From: Clostridia bacterium
GTDB taxonomy: Bacteria; Bacillota; Clostridia; TANB77; CAG-508
Reading direction: 5' to 3'
Length of the DNA: 64,000 nt
NCBI GenBank assembly: GCA_017934475.1
Contig: JAGBJN010000007.1
Coordinates: 11,776-75,775, forward strand
The notes beneath the pieces are model-generated. The model did no database searches, had not been told where the DNA came from, and saw only the letters and a list, made by a program, of their open reading frames with translations. This document shows positions 27,555-38,227 of the stretch, piece by piece. Numbering within the stretch: position 1 is the stretch's first letter; each line of letters opens with the position of its first letter. The position numbers and the translations under genes were made by a program.

Positions 27555-28508
27555 ATGATGACTACCTTAGATAATATTTTAGAAGAAGTAAAAAAAGCAA
27601 ATTCTATTGTTATACTTACTCATGAAAATCCTGATGGAGATGCAATAGGTAGTAGTTTAGCTGCATATATTGGTTTAAAAGAAATAAATAAAGATGTTGA
27701 AGTTATAATACCTGAATTACCTAGAGTTTTTAGTTTTTTACCATGTGCAGATGAAATAAAAAAAGAAGGTACTAGAGAAAATTATGATTTAGCAATTGCA
27801 TTAGACTGTGCATCTTTAAAGATGTTAAATGGTTGGGCACATTATTTTGAAAATGCAAAAGCTAAAGTAGTAATAGACCATCATAGTACAAATACAATGT
27901 ATGGAGATCACAATTTTGTTAATCCAGATTCTCCAGCGTGTGCACAAGTTTTAATTTCTATGTTTGAAAATTTTGAAATAAACATATCACAAGAAATGGG
28001 AACTTGCATATTAACTGGAATAATTACAGACACAGGAGGATTCCAATACTCAAGTGTAACACCTGAGACATTCGAATTTGCTGCAGAATTATTAAAAAGA
28101 GGAGTAAATGTTTCAGATATATATAAAAGAGTAATGGATACAAAATCAAGAGCTAATTTTGAATTAAGAAAAAGAACCCTTGATAGAATGGAATTTTTCG
28201 AAGATGGAAAAATTGCATTTACATATATTACAATGAAAGATTTAGAAGAAACAAATGCAGAGCCAGGTGATCATGAAGGAATAGTAAATGAAGGAAGAGC
28301 GATTGAAGGAGTTGAAGTATCAATTTTCTTAAGAGAAACTGAAAAAGGATTTAAAGCTTCTCTTCGCTCAAATGACTATTTAAATGTATCTGATGTTTGT
28401 ATGATATTTGGTGGTGGAGGACACTTCCACGCAGCAGGATGTACTATAGATACATCCTTAGAACAAGCAAAGGAAAGAATACTAAATCAAGTAAAAAATA
28501 ATTTATAG
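27555..28508 (+). CDS. nrnA: DHH-family oligoribonuclease/PAP phosphatase NrnA
   Basis: HENPDGDAIGS, IDHH, TDTGGF, GGGGH..AAG. Confidence 0.92.
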   Translation: MMTTLDNILEEVKKANSIVILTHENPDGDAIGSSLAAYIGLKEINKDVEVIIPELPRVFSFLPCADEIKKEGTRENYDLAIALDCASLKMLNGWAHYFENAKAKVVIDHHSTNTMYGDHNFVNPDSPACAQVLISMFENFEINISQEMGTCILTGIITDTGGFQYSSVTPETFEFAAELLKRGVNVSDIYKRVMDTKSRANFELRKRTLDRMEFFEDGKIAFTYITMKDLEETNAEPGDHEGIVNEGRAIEGVEVSIFLRETEKGFKASLRSNDYLNVSDVCMIFGGGGHFHAAGCTIDTSLEQAKERILNQVKNNL

Positions 28509-28510
28509 AT

Positions 28511-28537
28511 AAAAAGCGACTTTAAGGTCGTTTTTTA
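28511..28537 (+). terminator. intrinsic terminator
   Basis: AAAAGCGAC..GTCGTTTTTT. Confidence 0.7.
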
Positions 28538-28725
28538 TTTTACATTTATGAATTTTAAAATTGTTTCATTGAAAAATAACGCTTTGATTGTAAAGATTGT
28601 GGATGGTAAGATTATTATTGATTTTAATATGTAAGTATGAAAAAATATATAAAAAAATAAAAAAAGATTGAAAAAGAAATTCTGTTAAATTATAATAAAA
28701 GAAAAAGTACAAAAGAGGTAAAAAA

Positions 28726-30684
28726 ATGAGAATGAATAACCAAAGAGGAATTACTTTAGTAGCACTAGTAATAACTATTATAATATTAATAATATTAGCA
28801 GGAATTGGATTAAGTGTTGTTTTAGGAGAAAATGGGCTAATTGAAAAAGCAAAATCTGGTGCAGCATCATATCAAGATGAGTCAATTAAGGAAAAAATAA
28901 ATTTGGCTGTTATAAGTGCTAGTGCAAATTCAGAAGCAAAAGTAAATGAAAATGTATTGGAAAATGAGTTAGATAATGCATTGGGAAAAAATCAATATAC
29001 ATTTACAATAGATGAAGATAAAGGGGAAATAGTTGTAATATATAAAGAAAAAGAATACAAAATAAAAATTGGTGGAGTTGCTTCAATTGAAGATGATAGT
29101 GAAAAAACAGGAGGAATGTCAATACAAAATGATCCTGCAGGAAAAAATGAAATGGGATCAGATACAAGTTCTACAGAATGGGATAATAATGTGACACCTA
29201 AAACTGCAAAACTTGATTTAGGAGAAACTGTAAATTTAAGATTAAAGAAAGTAGCTGCACTTGCAAATGGAAAAACAGAAGCAGAAGTAAGTAGTTATAC
29301 AGTATATAATTCAGAAGATACATATATAAAATCAATAGTATGGAGCAATTCGGCTCCAACTACAGAACAAAAAGTAAAATATGGACAATTAGCAATGACA
29401 GCAGATTCTGTATTAGGAATGGATGTTGATGGAACAACAAATGAATTAATAGTAAGTAATGTGCCAATATGGGCGTGGTTTGATACAACAACAGGAACAA
29501 TGTATATATATAGTGAAGATTCAACAATAGATATGCATCCACATTCAGAAAGAATGTTCCAAGGAATGAAAAATTTGGAAACAATATCAGGATTAAGCCA
29601 TTTTGTTTCAAGTGAAGTTACATCAATGAGATGTATGTTTAAAGATACAAAAGTTTCTGATTTTACAACTATAAATGGTTGGGATGTAACAAAAGTTAAA
29701 ACAGCAATAAAAGCAAATGTAAATTTACCAGGAAATAATGGATTTTATTGGACATGTAATAATGTGACAGATCATAATCATCCATATTATACAACTGTAA
29801 AAGGTTGGTGGGATGATGAAGGTACATTACATAAGGATTTCAAAGATATACCATACACAATAGCAGGAATGAGAAAAAATTTATTGACTATTGATGGTAG
29901 AGAATACATAAAACAAGGATATGACAATTGTTTAGCTTTCAATTTAATTAATGATAATTATTGTTTCCCAATATTAGTTTCAACATCAGCAGATGGAGTA
30001 GGCTGTACAAATTCAGGATCTCCTTATGAAGGAACATATCAAATGCCAAATGGAGAAAGTAAAACATTTTATTGTAAAGTGCCATATGGATATGGAAAAA
30101 ATTATGAAAAGACAATGTATGCTGTAAGTGTTGATATACAATCAACTTTGCAACAGAACGATTATTTACAAATCGCAACTGCAGTAATAGATTCTTATGG
30201 TGCTGATAAATTCTTTGGAGAATTTAGTGAATGGTACTATAGCAATGAAATAGAAGATTATTATAAGATTGAAGCATCTGATTCGTATTATAATTCAAAT
30301 ATAACTTTTGTTGCTGGTCCTGTTGGTGCAGTTTATGATGATCCAGATAAAATTTGGCTTACAGAAAGTGGAAATTATGGAGAACATTGGTTAAAGATTG
30401 AATTTAAAAATCCTCAATGTATAAAAAGTTACTATTTAAATGGAGCTTTTACTAGCAGTGGACATCTTTACAAATTCTATATGCAAGCAAGTAATGATGG
30501 AACAAATTGGGTAAATATAGAAGGAGAAACAGTACATGATGGAGTTGACTATGATTCAGGCGTATTTAATATAGATATAGACAATAACACATCATATAAG
30601 TTTTATAGAATGTATTTCCCAGAAGGTGGATGGGCATCAGGAAACTCTGGATTTGCAATTAGACTTTTAAAACTATATAAATAG
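28726..30684 (+). CDS. pilin-like N-terminus surface protein with a BspA/DUF285-like repeat and a C-terminal discoidin (F5/8 type C)-like domain
   Basis: QRG|ITLVALVITIIILIILAG class III signal; MF..TSMRCMF..WDV repeat; WLKIEF..QASNDGTNW..YKFYR. Confidence 0.7.
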   Translation: MRMNNQRGITLVALVITIIILIILAGIGLSVVLGENGLIEKAKSGAASYQDESIKEKINLAVISASANSEAKVNENVLENELDNALGKNQYTFTIDEDKGEIVVIYKEKEYKIKIGGVASIEDDSEKTGGMSIQNDPAGKNEMGSDTSSTEWDNNVTPKTAKLDLGETVNLRLKKVAALANGKTEAEVSSYTVYNSEDTYIKSIVWSNSAPTTEQKVKYGQLAMTADSVLGMDVDGTTNELIVSNVPIWAWFDTTTGTMYIYSEDSTIDMHPHSERMFQGMKNLETISGLSHFVSSEVTSMRCMFKDTKVSDFTTINGWDVTKVKTAIKANVNLPGNNGFYWTCNNVTDHNHPYYTTVKGWWDDEGTLHKDFKDIPYTIAGMRKNLLTIDGREYIKQGYDNCLAFNLINDNYCFPILVSTSADGVGCTNSGSPYEGTYQMPNGESKTFYCKVPYGYGKNYEKTMYAVSVDIQSTLQQNDYLQIATAVIDSYGADKFFGEFSEWYYSNEIEDYYKIEASDSYYNSNITFVAGPVGAVYDDPDKIWLTESGNYGEHWLKIEFKNPQCIKSYYLNGAFTSSGHLYKFYMQASNDGTNWVNIEGETVHDGVDYDSGVFNIDIDNNTSYKFYRMYFPEGGWASGNSGFAIRLLKLYK

Positions 30685-30695
30685 AAGATATTAAT

Positions 30696-30748
30696 AAAAG
30701 AATAATTTCAATGGTTTAGTTGAAATTATTCTTTTATTTTGGTACAAT
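30696..30748 (+). promoter_or_regulatory. overlapping terminator and truB promoter
   Basis: AAAAGAATAATTTCAA/TTGAAATTATTCTTTT; TTGAAA 30720, 17-nt spacer, TACAAT 30743. Confidence 0.6.
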
Positions 30749-30767
30749 AATACACATGGAGAGAAAA

Positions 30768-31613
30768 ATGGAAAATATAAGTGGAATAATAATAATTAAT
30801 AAAGAGAAAGAATATACATCACATGATGTAGTAGCAAAAGTAAAGAAAATATTGAATATAAGTAAAGTGGGACATACAGGTACTTTAGATCCAAATGCTA
30901 CAGGAGTACTTCCACTTTTATTAAATGATGGAACAAAACTTTCAAAATATTTAATAAATCATGATAAGGAATATAAAGTAACATTAAAACTAGGAATAAA
31001 AACAGATACAGCAGATGGAGAAGGAAATGTTGTAGAAGAAAGAAATGTTGAGTTTGATGAATTAAATTCAGTAGAAGAAACGTTAAATTCATTTATAGGA
31101 AAACAAGAACAAGTTCCACCTATATATTCTGCAATAAAAGTAAAAGGCAAAAAGCTTTACGAATATGCAAGAGAAGGAAAAAATGTGGAAATCGCTCCGA
31201 GAAAAATAGAAATATATAATATTAAGTTAGAAAAAATAAATAAAGAAACAAATGAAATTGAATTTATAGTAGAATGTTCAAAAGGAACATATATAAGAAG
31301 CTTATGTGAAGATGTTGCTACAAGATTAGGTACAATAGGATATATGAAAGAACTTGAAAGAATAAAAGTTGGAGAGTTTGAGATAAGTAAAGCAATAACA
31401 ATTAATGATTTAGAAAATAATATTGAAAACTTAGATAAATATATAATTACAATGGAAGAATTGTTAAAAGATTATCCTGAAATAATTGTAAAAAACAAAG
31501 AACAAAAATTATTTTTGAATGGTGTAAACTTAAAAACTGACCAAGAGGATGGATTATATAGAATCTATTTTGAAAATGAAACTGAGTTTGTAGGAACTCG
31601 GAACAGTAAGTAA
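30768..31613 (+). CDS. truB: tRNA pseudouridine(55) synthase TruB; extreme C-terminus apparently frameshifted (continues in +1 frame to 31647)
   Basis: TSHDVV, KVGHTGTLDPNATGVL, QVPPIYSAIK, CSKGTYIRSL. Confidence 0.95.
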   Translation: MENISGIIIINKEKEYTSHDVVAKVKKILNISKVGHTGTLDPNATGVLPLLLNDGTKLSKYLINHDKEYKVTLKLGIKTDTADGEGNVVEERNVEFDELNSVEETLNSFIGKQEQVPPIYSAIKVKGKKLYEYAREGKNVEIAPRKIEIYNIKLEKINKETNEIEFIVECSKGTYIRSLCEDVATRLGTIGYMKELERIKVGEFEISKAITINDLENNIENLDKYIITMEELLKDYPEIIVKNKEQKLFLNGVNLKTDQEDGLYRIYFENETEFVGTRNSK

Positions 31614-31807
31614 TGGTAAGCTAAAGAGAGATATTATTTTAAAATAAAAAAAATAATGGATACAAACCACCAAATTCAATTTAATTTTAACATGAAAAAA
31701 TAAGTTAATCAAATAAGAAAAAATTAGATAAAATTAGAAAAAATGAGATTAAAAGAGATAAACATATCCTTAATATAAAATTTGAATAATTTTAAGCAAA
31801 TTTGGGG

Positions 31808-31836
31808 TTGAAATCCAAAAAATTATATGCTAATAT
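31808..31836 (+). promoter_or_regulatory. sigmaA promoter upstream of the 6S RNA
   Basis: TTGAAA, 17-nt spacer, TGcTAATAT. Confidence 0.55.
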
Positions 31837-31872
31837 ATAGATACCAAAAAGAAAAACAGAGAAAAATTAAAT

Positions 31873-32062
31873 AGAAAATCCCTGCGTGGTGCGTATAGAT
31901 CGAAATTTTTTTACCAACAAATTTTTAAGGGGAGTCTGCCTTTGGGAGTGGCGTGCAAGCTTGCATTTTATGTAAGAAGCCCAGGAGCTTTCAACAAGAC
32001 ACCCACCTGTGCAAACAGGTATAAAAATTTTCTTCATCCTACGGCTAAGGTGGGGTATTTTC
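31873..32062 (+). ncRNA. ssrS: 6S RNA (SsrS)
   Basis: about 190 nt, GC-enriched, with complementary ends (AGAAAATCCCT../..GGGGTATTTTCT) and Firmicute 6S-like motifs CCTG.GTGGTGCGT, GGGAG, ACCCACCT, ACGGC; ends approximate. Confidence 0.7.
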
Positions 32063-32146
32063 TTTTTTTTTAATGAAAAATTACCCATTAGGGACGTTTC
32101 CAAATGGGAAATCTGTTATTTTTTGGTAGTTTTATTTTCAGAGATT

Positions 32147-32176
32147 AAAAAAAGTCAAGTTTAACTTGACTTTTTT
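32147..32176. terminator. bidirectional terminator
   Basis: AAAAAAAGTCAAGT-TTA-ACTTGACTTTTTT. Confidence 0.8.
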
Positions 32177-32184
32177 ATAATGAA

Positions 32185-32463
32185 TTATTTTTTATTTACT
32201 TTGTCTTTTAAAGCTTTTCCTGCTTTGAATACAGGCATTGTAGAAGCTGCTATTTTGATTTCAGCACCAGTTTGTGGGTTTCTACCTTTTCTAGCTGCTC
32301 TTTTTCTTGTTTCGAAAGATCCAAATCCAACTAATTGAACTTTTCCACCTTTCTTTAATTCAGCTTCAACTGATTCGATTATAGCGTTTAATGAAGCTTC
32401 TGCTGCTTTTTTAGAAGCACCTGTTTTTGTAGCGATTGCTGCAACTAATTCTGCTTTGTTCAT
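32185..32463 (-). CDS. hup: DNA-binding protein HU
   Basis: [33 protein letters not shown]. Confidence 0.97.
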   Translation of the reverse strand: MNKAELVAAIATKTGASKKAAEASLNAIIESVEAELKKGGKVQLVGFGSFETRKRAARKGRNPQTGAEIKIAASTMPVFKAGKALKDKVNKK

Positions 32464-32651
32464 TATAAATTCCTCCTTTTCTAAATTTGATAAGATATTA
32501 TCACGAAAGATTTATAAAATCAATAGTTTTATTAAAATTTTAATAGAAAAAGTTGAAAAATGATGAATTTTGGAAGGTAAAAAAGATAAAATAATATTTG
32601 CATAAACCTAGATTTATGATATAATAACGAAAAAATAAAAGGAAGAAAGAT

Positions 32652-33395
32652 ATGCAAAAATTTTTTGTAGAAAATAATCAAATTTGTGATTCAAAGGTTT
32701 CAATAACAGGATCTGATATGAATCATATAGTAAATGTACTTAGAAAGAAAAAAAATGATACTGTTTTAATAGGAAACAAAGAAGATTCAAAAACATATAT
32801 AGCACAAATAGAACAAATAAATGCAGATGAAGTTATACTTAATATAACAGATGAACTTGATGAGACATCAGAACCAAATGTAGAAATAGATTTATACCAG
32901 GGGTTGCCTAAATTTGATAAAATGGAATTAATAATTCAAAAAACAACTGAACTTGGTATAAGCTCAATAATTCCACTAGATATGTCAAGATGTATTGTAA
33001 AGTTAGATGAAAAAGACTCTAAAAAGAAAATTGAAAGATGGCAAAAGATTGCTGAAGTTGCAGCAAAACAAAGTAAAAGAGGTAAAATACCTGAAATAAA
33101 AGACAAAATGAAACTAAAAGAAATATCAAACATTATAAAAGAATATGATGTTTTTATAGTTGCGTATGAAGAAGAGAATCAACAAACATTAAGACAAACA
33201 TTAAGAGAAATAGAAAAAAGAGAAAATTATAAAATTGGAATTTTGGTTGGACCAGAGGGTGGCATTTCAAATGAAGAAGTTGAAATATTAAAATCATTTG
33301 GATGTAAAAGTGTAAGTTTAGGAAAAAGAATTTTAAGAACTGAAACTGCACCTATTGCAATGACTTCTAATATTTTATATGAATTAGAAAAGTAG
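32652..33395 (+). CDS. rsmE: 16S rRNA m3U1498 methyltransferase
   Basis: HIVNVLR, QKTTELG, VGPEGG, LGKRILRTETA. Confidence 0.95.
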   Translation: MQKFFVENNQICDSKVSITGSDMNHIVNVLRKKKNDTVLIGNKEDSKTYIAQIEQINADEVILNITDELDETSEPNVEIDLYQGLPKFDKMELIIQKTTELGISSIIPLDMSRCIVKLDEKDSKKKIERWQKIAEVAAKQSKRGKIPEIKDKMKLKEISNIIKEYDVFIVAYEEENQQTLRQTLREIEKRENYKIGILVGPEGGISNEEVEILKSFGCKSVSLGKRILRTETAPIAMTSNILYELEK

Positions 33396-33407
33396 GAGGA
33401 TATTTTT

Positions 33408-34352
33408 ATGGCAGAAGAACCAAACGATAATAAAGAAAAAATGAAAAGTAGCACTGACATAAACGATTTAGTTGAAGAGGTAGAAAGACTTCTTAGGGAA
33501 GTAGAAGAAAAAGAAAAAATCGAAAATGAAAAAGATGGAAATAGAGATGATGATATTGCAGGAGAAATAAAAGCAATTTTAGAAAAGCCCGATAAGAAAC
33601 AAAGAAAAAGAAAAGAAGAAACACAAAAAGTAGATATAAAAAATGAAATTAAAGTTGAAGAAGAAGTTAAACAAAGAATAGAAACGCAAAAAAGAGGAAG
33701 AGGTAGACCTAAAAAAATAACTTATATTCAAGAAGAAAAAACTGAAGAAAATATATATGAAAAAAAAGAAGAAAAAATATTAATAGAAAAACCAATAATT
33801 GAAAAGAAAACTGATTCTTCTGAATTAATAACAATCAAAGGTGAAACGAAAGAAATAACAATAAGCAGAAAACAACTTGAAAAAATAGAAAACGAAATTA
33901 GAAAACAAAAAGATATTCCTAAACAGGATAGAGATATAATAAATAAGAAGATTTTTAAAAATATATTTATAGGTATACTTATTGTTCTTTATTTTATTTC
34001 ATTAAATCTAGGATTCTTGAAATTAAAAGAAGAAACATTTTTAAATGATATAAGAGTATTTAGTGGAATATTAATAGCTACAACTATTTTTATTTTTGAA
34101 AAAGCATATAGAAAAGAAAGTATAGAATTTACAGTTATGGGAATCGAATTTCTTGTTCTATCTATAGTTACATTACTTACAAATTACATTTATACTGAAT
34201 TTTATACAAGATTTCCATACATAATAAATACAGTATCAATGTTTTTTGCAATATATTATGTAGGAAAATCTATAATATCTTATATAAAAATGAGAAAAGC
34301 GGTTTTAAAGAAAATAAGTGATATTAGAAATATAATTAATAGGAGTAAATAA
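33408..34352 (+). CDS. membrane protein with a charged N-terminal region and an AT-hook motif
   Basis: KRGRGRPKK; about four C-terminal hydrophobic helices. Confidence 0.6.
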   Translation: MAEEPNDNKEKMKSSTDINDLVEEVERLLREVEEKEKIENEKDGNRDDDIAGEIKAILEKPDKKQRKRKEETQKVDIKNEIKVEEEVKQRIETQKRGRGRPKKITYIQEEKTEENIYEKKEEKILIEKPIIEKKTDSSELITIKGETKEITISRKQLEKIENEIRKQKDIPKQDRDIINKKIFKNIFIGILIVLYFISLNLGFLKLKEETFLNDIRVFSGILIATTIFIFEKAYRKESIEFTVMGIEFLVLSIVTLLTNYIYTEFYTRFPYIINTVSMFFAIYYVGKSIISYIKMRKAVLKKISDIRNIINRSK

Positions 34353-35227
34353 TGAAAAGTATGACAGGCTTTGGAAGAGCCAAATTAGAAAAAAATGATA
34401 GAATATATAATATAGAAATAAAATCTGTTAATCATAAATATTGTGATATATCTATAAAACTTCCAAGAAGTTTAAGTTATATGGAAGAAAAACTAAAAAA
34501 AGAAATTAGTGCAAATATTTCAAGAGGAAAAATAGATGTATTTGTTACATTTGAAAATTACAGTGAAGCTGGAAAAGAAATAATAATAAATAAAGAACTT
34601 GTAAAAGAATATATGGAAAAATTTACAGATATAGCAAAAGAAACTGGACTTAGTCTTGACCTCCCTGTTACAGAAATTACAAAACTTCCTGATGTACTTA
34701 CAATAAAAGAAACAGATGATGATGAAGAAATAATAGAAAATGAATTAATGGAATGTCTAAAAAATGCAATTGATAATTTTGTTTCTATGAGAGAAATAGA
34801 AGGAAATAAAATAAAAGTAGATTTAACTGAAAGAATAAATCGAATAGAGAAGGAAAAAGAAAAAATTTCTGAATATTCTACTAGACTTATTGACGAATAT
34901 GTAGTAAAATTAAAGGAAAGAGTTAGTAAACTCTTAAACACAGATATTATTGATGAATCAAGACTAGCAATGGAAGTAGTATTATATGCAGACAAATGCT
35001 CAGTAGAAGAAGAACTTACTAGATTAGACAGTCACATATATCAATTTAGAAACTTAATTGAAGAAGAGACACCAATAGGCAAGAAAATTGATTTTTTAAT
35101 TCAAGAAATGAATAGAGAAACAAATACAATGGGATCAAAATCTGGTAGTATTGAAATAACAAATGTAGTAGTAAATATAAAAACAGAATTAGAAGATATT
35201 AGAGAACAGATTCAAAATATCGAGTAA
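34352..35227 (+). CDS. yicC: YicC/YloC endoribonuclease
   Basis: [46 protein letters not shown]. Confidence 0.95.
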   Translation: MKSMTGFGRAKLEKNDRIYNIEIKSVNHKYCDISIKLPRSLSYMEEKLKKEISANISRGKIDVFVTFENYSEAGKEIIINKELVKEYMEKFTDIAKETGLSLDLPVTEITKLPDVLTIKETDDDEEIIENELMECLKNAIDNFVSMREIEGNKIKVDLTERINRIEKEKEKISEYSTRLIDEYVVKLKERVSKLLNTDIIDESRLAMEVVLYADKCSVEEELTRLDSHIYQFRNLIEEETPIGKKIDFLIQEMNRETNTMGSKSGSIEITNVVVNIKTELEDIREQIQNIE

Positions 35228-35237
35228 GGAGGTTTTT

Positions 35238-35489
35238 ATGAAACTGATTAGCATAGGTTTTGGTAATATTGTGTCCTCAGACAGAATTATTACTATTGTA
35301 AGTCCTGAGTCTGCACCTATAAAAAGAATTGTGCAGGATGCAAAAGAAAAGGGAACATTAATAGATTCTACATGTGGTAGAAAATCAAGAGCAGTTTTGG
35401 TTATGGATTCAGGTCATGTTATATTATCTGCAATTCAGCCAGATACAATAGCATCAAGATTAGAAAAAAATATTGAAATAGAAGATTAA
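35238..35489 (+). CDS. remA: RemA/DUF370 regulator
   Basis: [30 protein letters not shown]. Confidence 0.9.
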   Translation: MKLISIGFGNIVSSDRIITIVSPESAPIKRIVQDAKEKGTLIDSTCGRKSRAVLVMDSGHVILSAIQPDTIASRLEKNIEIED

Positions 35490-35503
35490 AGGAGGGAATA
35501 ATA

Positions 35504-35695
35504 ATGATAGTAAAACCTACAACAGCTGAACTATTAGAGAAGACAGGTGAAAATAAATTCTGCCTTGTTATTGCAACAGCAAAAAGAGCAAGACAAATTT
35601 CAAATGGATCAGAAAGATTAGTTAATTCTGATGAAAGATCAACTGTAACAGTTGCAGCAGAAGAATTAGCAGAAGGAAGGGTAAAAATATGTTAG
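35504..35695 (+). CDS. rpoZ: RNA polymerase omega subunit
   Basis: KP..ELL..NKFCLVIATAKRARQI..A.EEL. Confidence 0.85.
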   Translation: MIVKPTTAELLEKTGENKFCLVIATAKRARQISNGSERLVNSDERSTVTVAAEELAEGRVKIC

Positions 35696-36264
35696 TTCTA
35701 CTTTCAGGTGTTTCTGGTGCAGGAAAAGATACAATAAAAAAAGAATTAATTAAAAGAATGGATAATGTTATATCTCTTCCATCATATACTACAAGAGCAA
35801 TGAGAGAAGGAGATGTAGCAGGCGAAACTTATAATTTTGTTTCAAAAGAAGTATTTGAGCAAATGATTGAAAATGGTGAATTATATGAATATGATTTACA
35901 TCATGAAAATTATTATGGTACATCTAGAAAGCTTATGAATGAAAAAATTCAAAGTGGAAAAATAATAGTTAAAGATATGGATGTTAATGGAGTTGAAAAC
36001 TTAATTAATATTTTAAGGAAAGATACAAAGGTTGTTACTATATTTTTACGAGTTCCAAAAGATGTACTTGAAGCAAGATTAAGAAACAGAGTAGATGCAC
36101 CAAGTGATGAAGAAATAGAAATGAGACTTAGTAGATTTGAATATGAAGAATCTAAGATAAGTACATATGATTACATAATGAAAAACAATGACTTAGAAAA
36201 AAGTTTAGCAGTTATACAAACTATTATTGAAAAAGAATATAAATTAAAAGAAACAGAATTTTAA
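35689..36264 (+). CDS. gmk: guanylate kinase
   Basis: LSGVSGAGKDT, SYTTRAMREG, NYYGT. Confidence 0.92.
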   Translation: MLVLLSGVSGAGKDTIKKELIKRMDNVISLPSYTTRAMREGDVAGETYNFVSKEVFEQMIENGELYEYDLHHENYYGTSRKLMNEKIQSGKIIVKDMDVNGVENLINILRKDTKVVTIFLRVPKDVLEARLRNRVDAPSDEEIEMRLSRFEYEESKISTYDYIMKNNDLEKSLAVIQTIIEKEYKLKETEF

Positions 36265-36338
36265 AATTCTGTTTCTTTTAGTTTACATTAACTAAAAAAA
36301 ATGATATAATATCAAACATAGTTAGGGGAAGTGAGAAT

Positions 36339-38087
36339 ATGGATTTTATTAAAAGTCAAGAAGAAAAATTAAAAGGAATAATAAAAGAAAGTGGTTATGA
36401 GATAGAAAAAGTTACATTAGTGCCATCTTCAAGACCAGATCTTGGACAATATCAATTTAATGGAGTGATGGAACTTGCTAAAATAAATAAAATGAATCCA
36501 AGAATAATTGCAGACGCAATAGTAGAAAAAATGAAAGAATCATCAGACTATTCAGATGTTAATGTAGCAGGACCTGGATTTATAAATATAACTTTTTCAG
36601 ATGATGTTTTAAGTAGATATATAGATGAAATAAGAAAAGATGTAAATGTTAATATAGAAAAACAAGACAAAAAGAAAATTGTTATAGATTATGGTGGACC
36701 AAATGTTGCAAAAGCTCTTCATGTTGGACACTTAAGATCAGCAAATATTGGAGAAGCATTAAAAAGACTTGCAAGAGAAGTTAATTTTGAAGTAATTGGA
36801 GATATACATTTAGGCGATTGGGGAAGACCTTTAGGGTTAGTTATTCTTGAACTAAAGAAACGTTATCCAGATTGGGTATATTTTAATGAAAATTATGAAG
36901 GAGATTATCCAGAAACTTGCCCTATAGAAAATAAAGATTTAGAGGAAATTTATCCATATGCAAGTGCAAAAGCGAAAGAAGATGAAGAATACTTAGAGGA
37001 AGCAAGACTTATAACAACAAAATTACAACAAAAAGAAAAAGGTTATTACGATTTGTGGAAACAAATAGTTAAAATATCTTCAGATGAAGTAAAAAGAACA
37101 TATGATAAATTAAATGTTTCATTTGATTTATGGTATGGTGAGAGTGATGCTGATGAATATGTACAGCCAGTAATAAATTATTTAAAAGAAAAAGGATTAA
37201 CTTCTGAAAGCCAAGGAGCGCTTGTAATAGATGTTAGTTTGCCAGGAGATACTACTGAAATTCCTCCATTATTACTTGTAAAATCTAATGGTGCTGTATC
37301 TTATGAAACAACAGATTTAGCAACAATATGGCAAAGAATGAAGGATTTTAATCCAGATGAAATTTGGTATGTTGTAGATAAAAGACAAGAATTACATTTT
37401 GAACAAGTATTTAGAGCTGCATATAAATCAGGAATAGTACCTGAAAATGTTAAACTTGAATTTATTGGATTTGGAACAATGAATGGAAAAGATGGAAAAC
37501 CATTTAAAACAAGAGATGGTGGAGTAATGCGTCTTGCAGAGTTAATGGAAACAGTAAGAGAAGAAACATTAAAGAAGTTCAATCCAAATATTACAGGAAA
37601 AGAAAGAGATGAAATATCTGAACTTGTTTCAGTTGGTGCATTAAAATATGCTGACCTTTTGCCAAATAGATCAACAGATTACATATTTGATATAGAAAAA
37701 TTTAGTGATTTCAATGGAAAAACAGGTGTATATATCTTATATTCAACAGTAAGAATGAGATCATTATTATCTAAAGCAAAGGAAGCAGGAGAAGAAATAG
37801 GTTCTGTAACAAAATTTGCAAATGAAACAGATAGAAATGTAGCACTAAAATTACTAGAGATGCCATCAAGCATAAATGAAGCAATGTATGATAAATCACT
37901 TAGTGAAATATCTGAATATTTATATCAATTAATAAATACATATAATAATTTCTATAATGCTAATAAAGTATTAGGAGAAGAAGATGTAGAACTTAAAAAA
38001 TCATGGCTTGGACTTACAAAAGCAACATATAATGCAGTTTCAGTACTTTTAAATATATTAGGAATTGAAGAACCTGAAAAAATGTAA
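36339..38087 (+). CDS. argS: arginine--tRNA ligase
   Basis: AGPGFIN, PNVAKALHVGHLRS, GKPFKTRDG. Confidence 0.96.
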   Translation: MDFIKSQEEKLKGIIKESGYEIEKVTLVPSSRPDLGQYQFNGVMELAKINKMNPRIIADAIVEKMKESSDYSDVNVAGPGFINITFSDDVLSRYIDEIRKDVNVNIEKQDKKKIVIDYGGPNVAKALHVGHLRSANIGEALKRLAREVNFEVIGDIHLGDWGRPLGLVILELKKRYPDWVYFNENYEGDYPETCPIENKDLEEIYPYASAKAKEDEEYLEEARLITTKLQQKEKGYYDLWKQIVKISSDEVKRTYDKLNVSFDLWYGESDADEYVQPVINYLKEKGLTSESQGALVIDVSLPGDTTEIPPLLLVKSNGAVSYETTDLATIWQRMKDFNPDEIWYVVDKRQELHFEQVFRAAYKSGIVPENVKLEFIGFGTMNGKDGKPFKTRDGGVMRLAELMETVREETLKKFNPNITGKERDEISELVSVGALKYADLLPNRSTDYIFDIEKFSDFNGKTGVYILYSTVRMRSLLSKAKEAGEEIGSVTKFANETDRNVALKLLEMPSSINEAMYDKSLSEISEYLYQLINTYNNFYNANKVLGEEDVELKKSWLGLTKATYNAVSVLLNILGIEEPEKM

Positions 38088-38227
38088 AATAAATAAGGAA
38101 ATTATGAGAAATAAAATTAAAAAGTGATATAAAATATAAAACCACAACAAAATATTGTTGTGGTTTTATTGTGCAAAATAAAAATTTTTGATATACTAAT
38201 CTAAAGTTTTTAAGAAAGGAGAAAAAC

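Noticed and set aside
31867-32103. 78-aa minus-strand ORF
   Set aside because: It overlaps the 6S RNA candidate, has atypical composition and has no recognisable motif.
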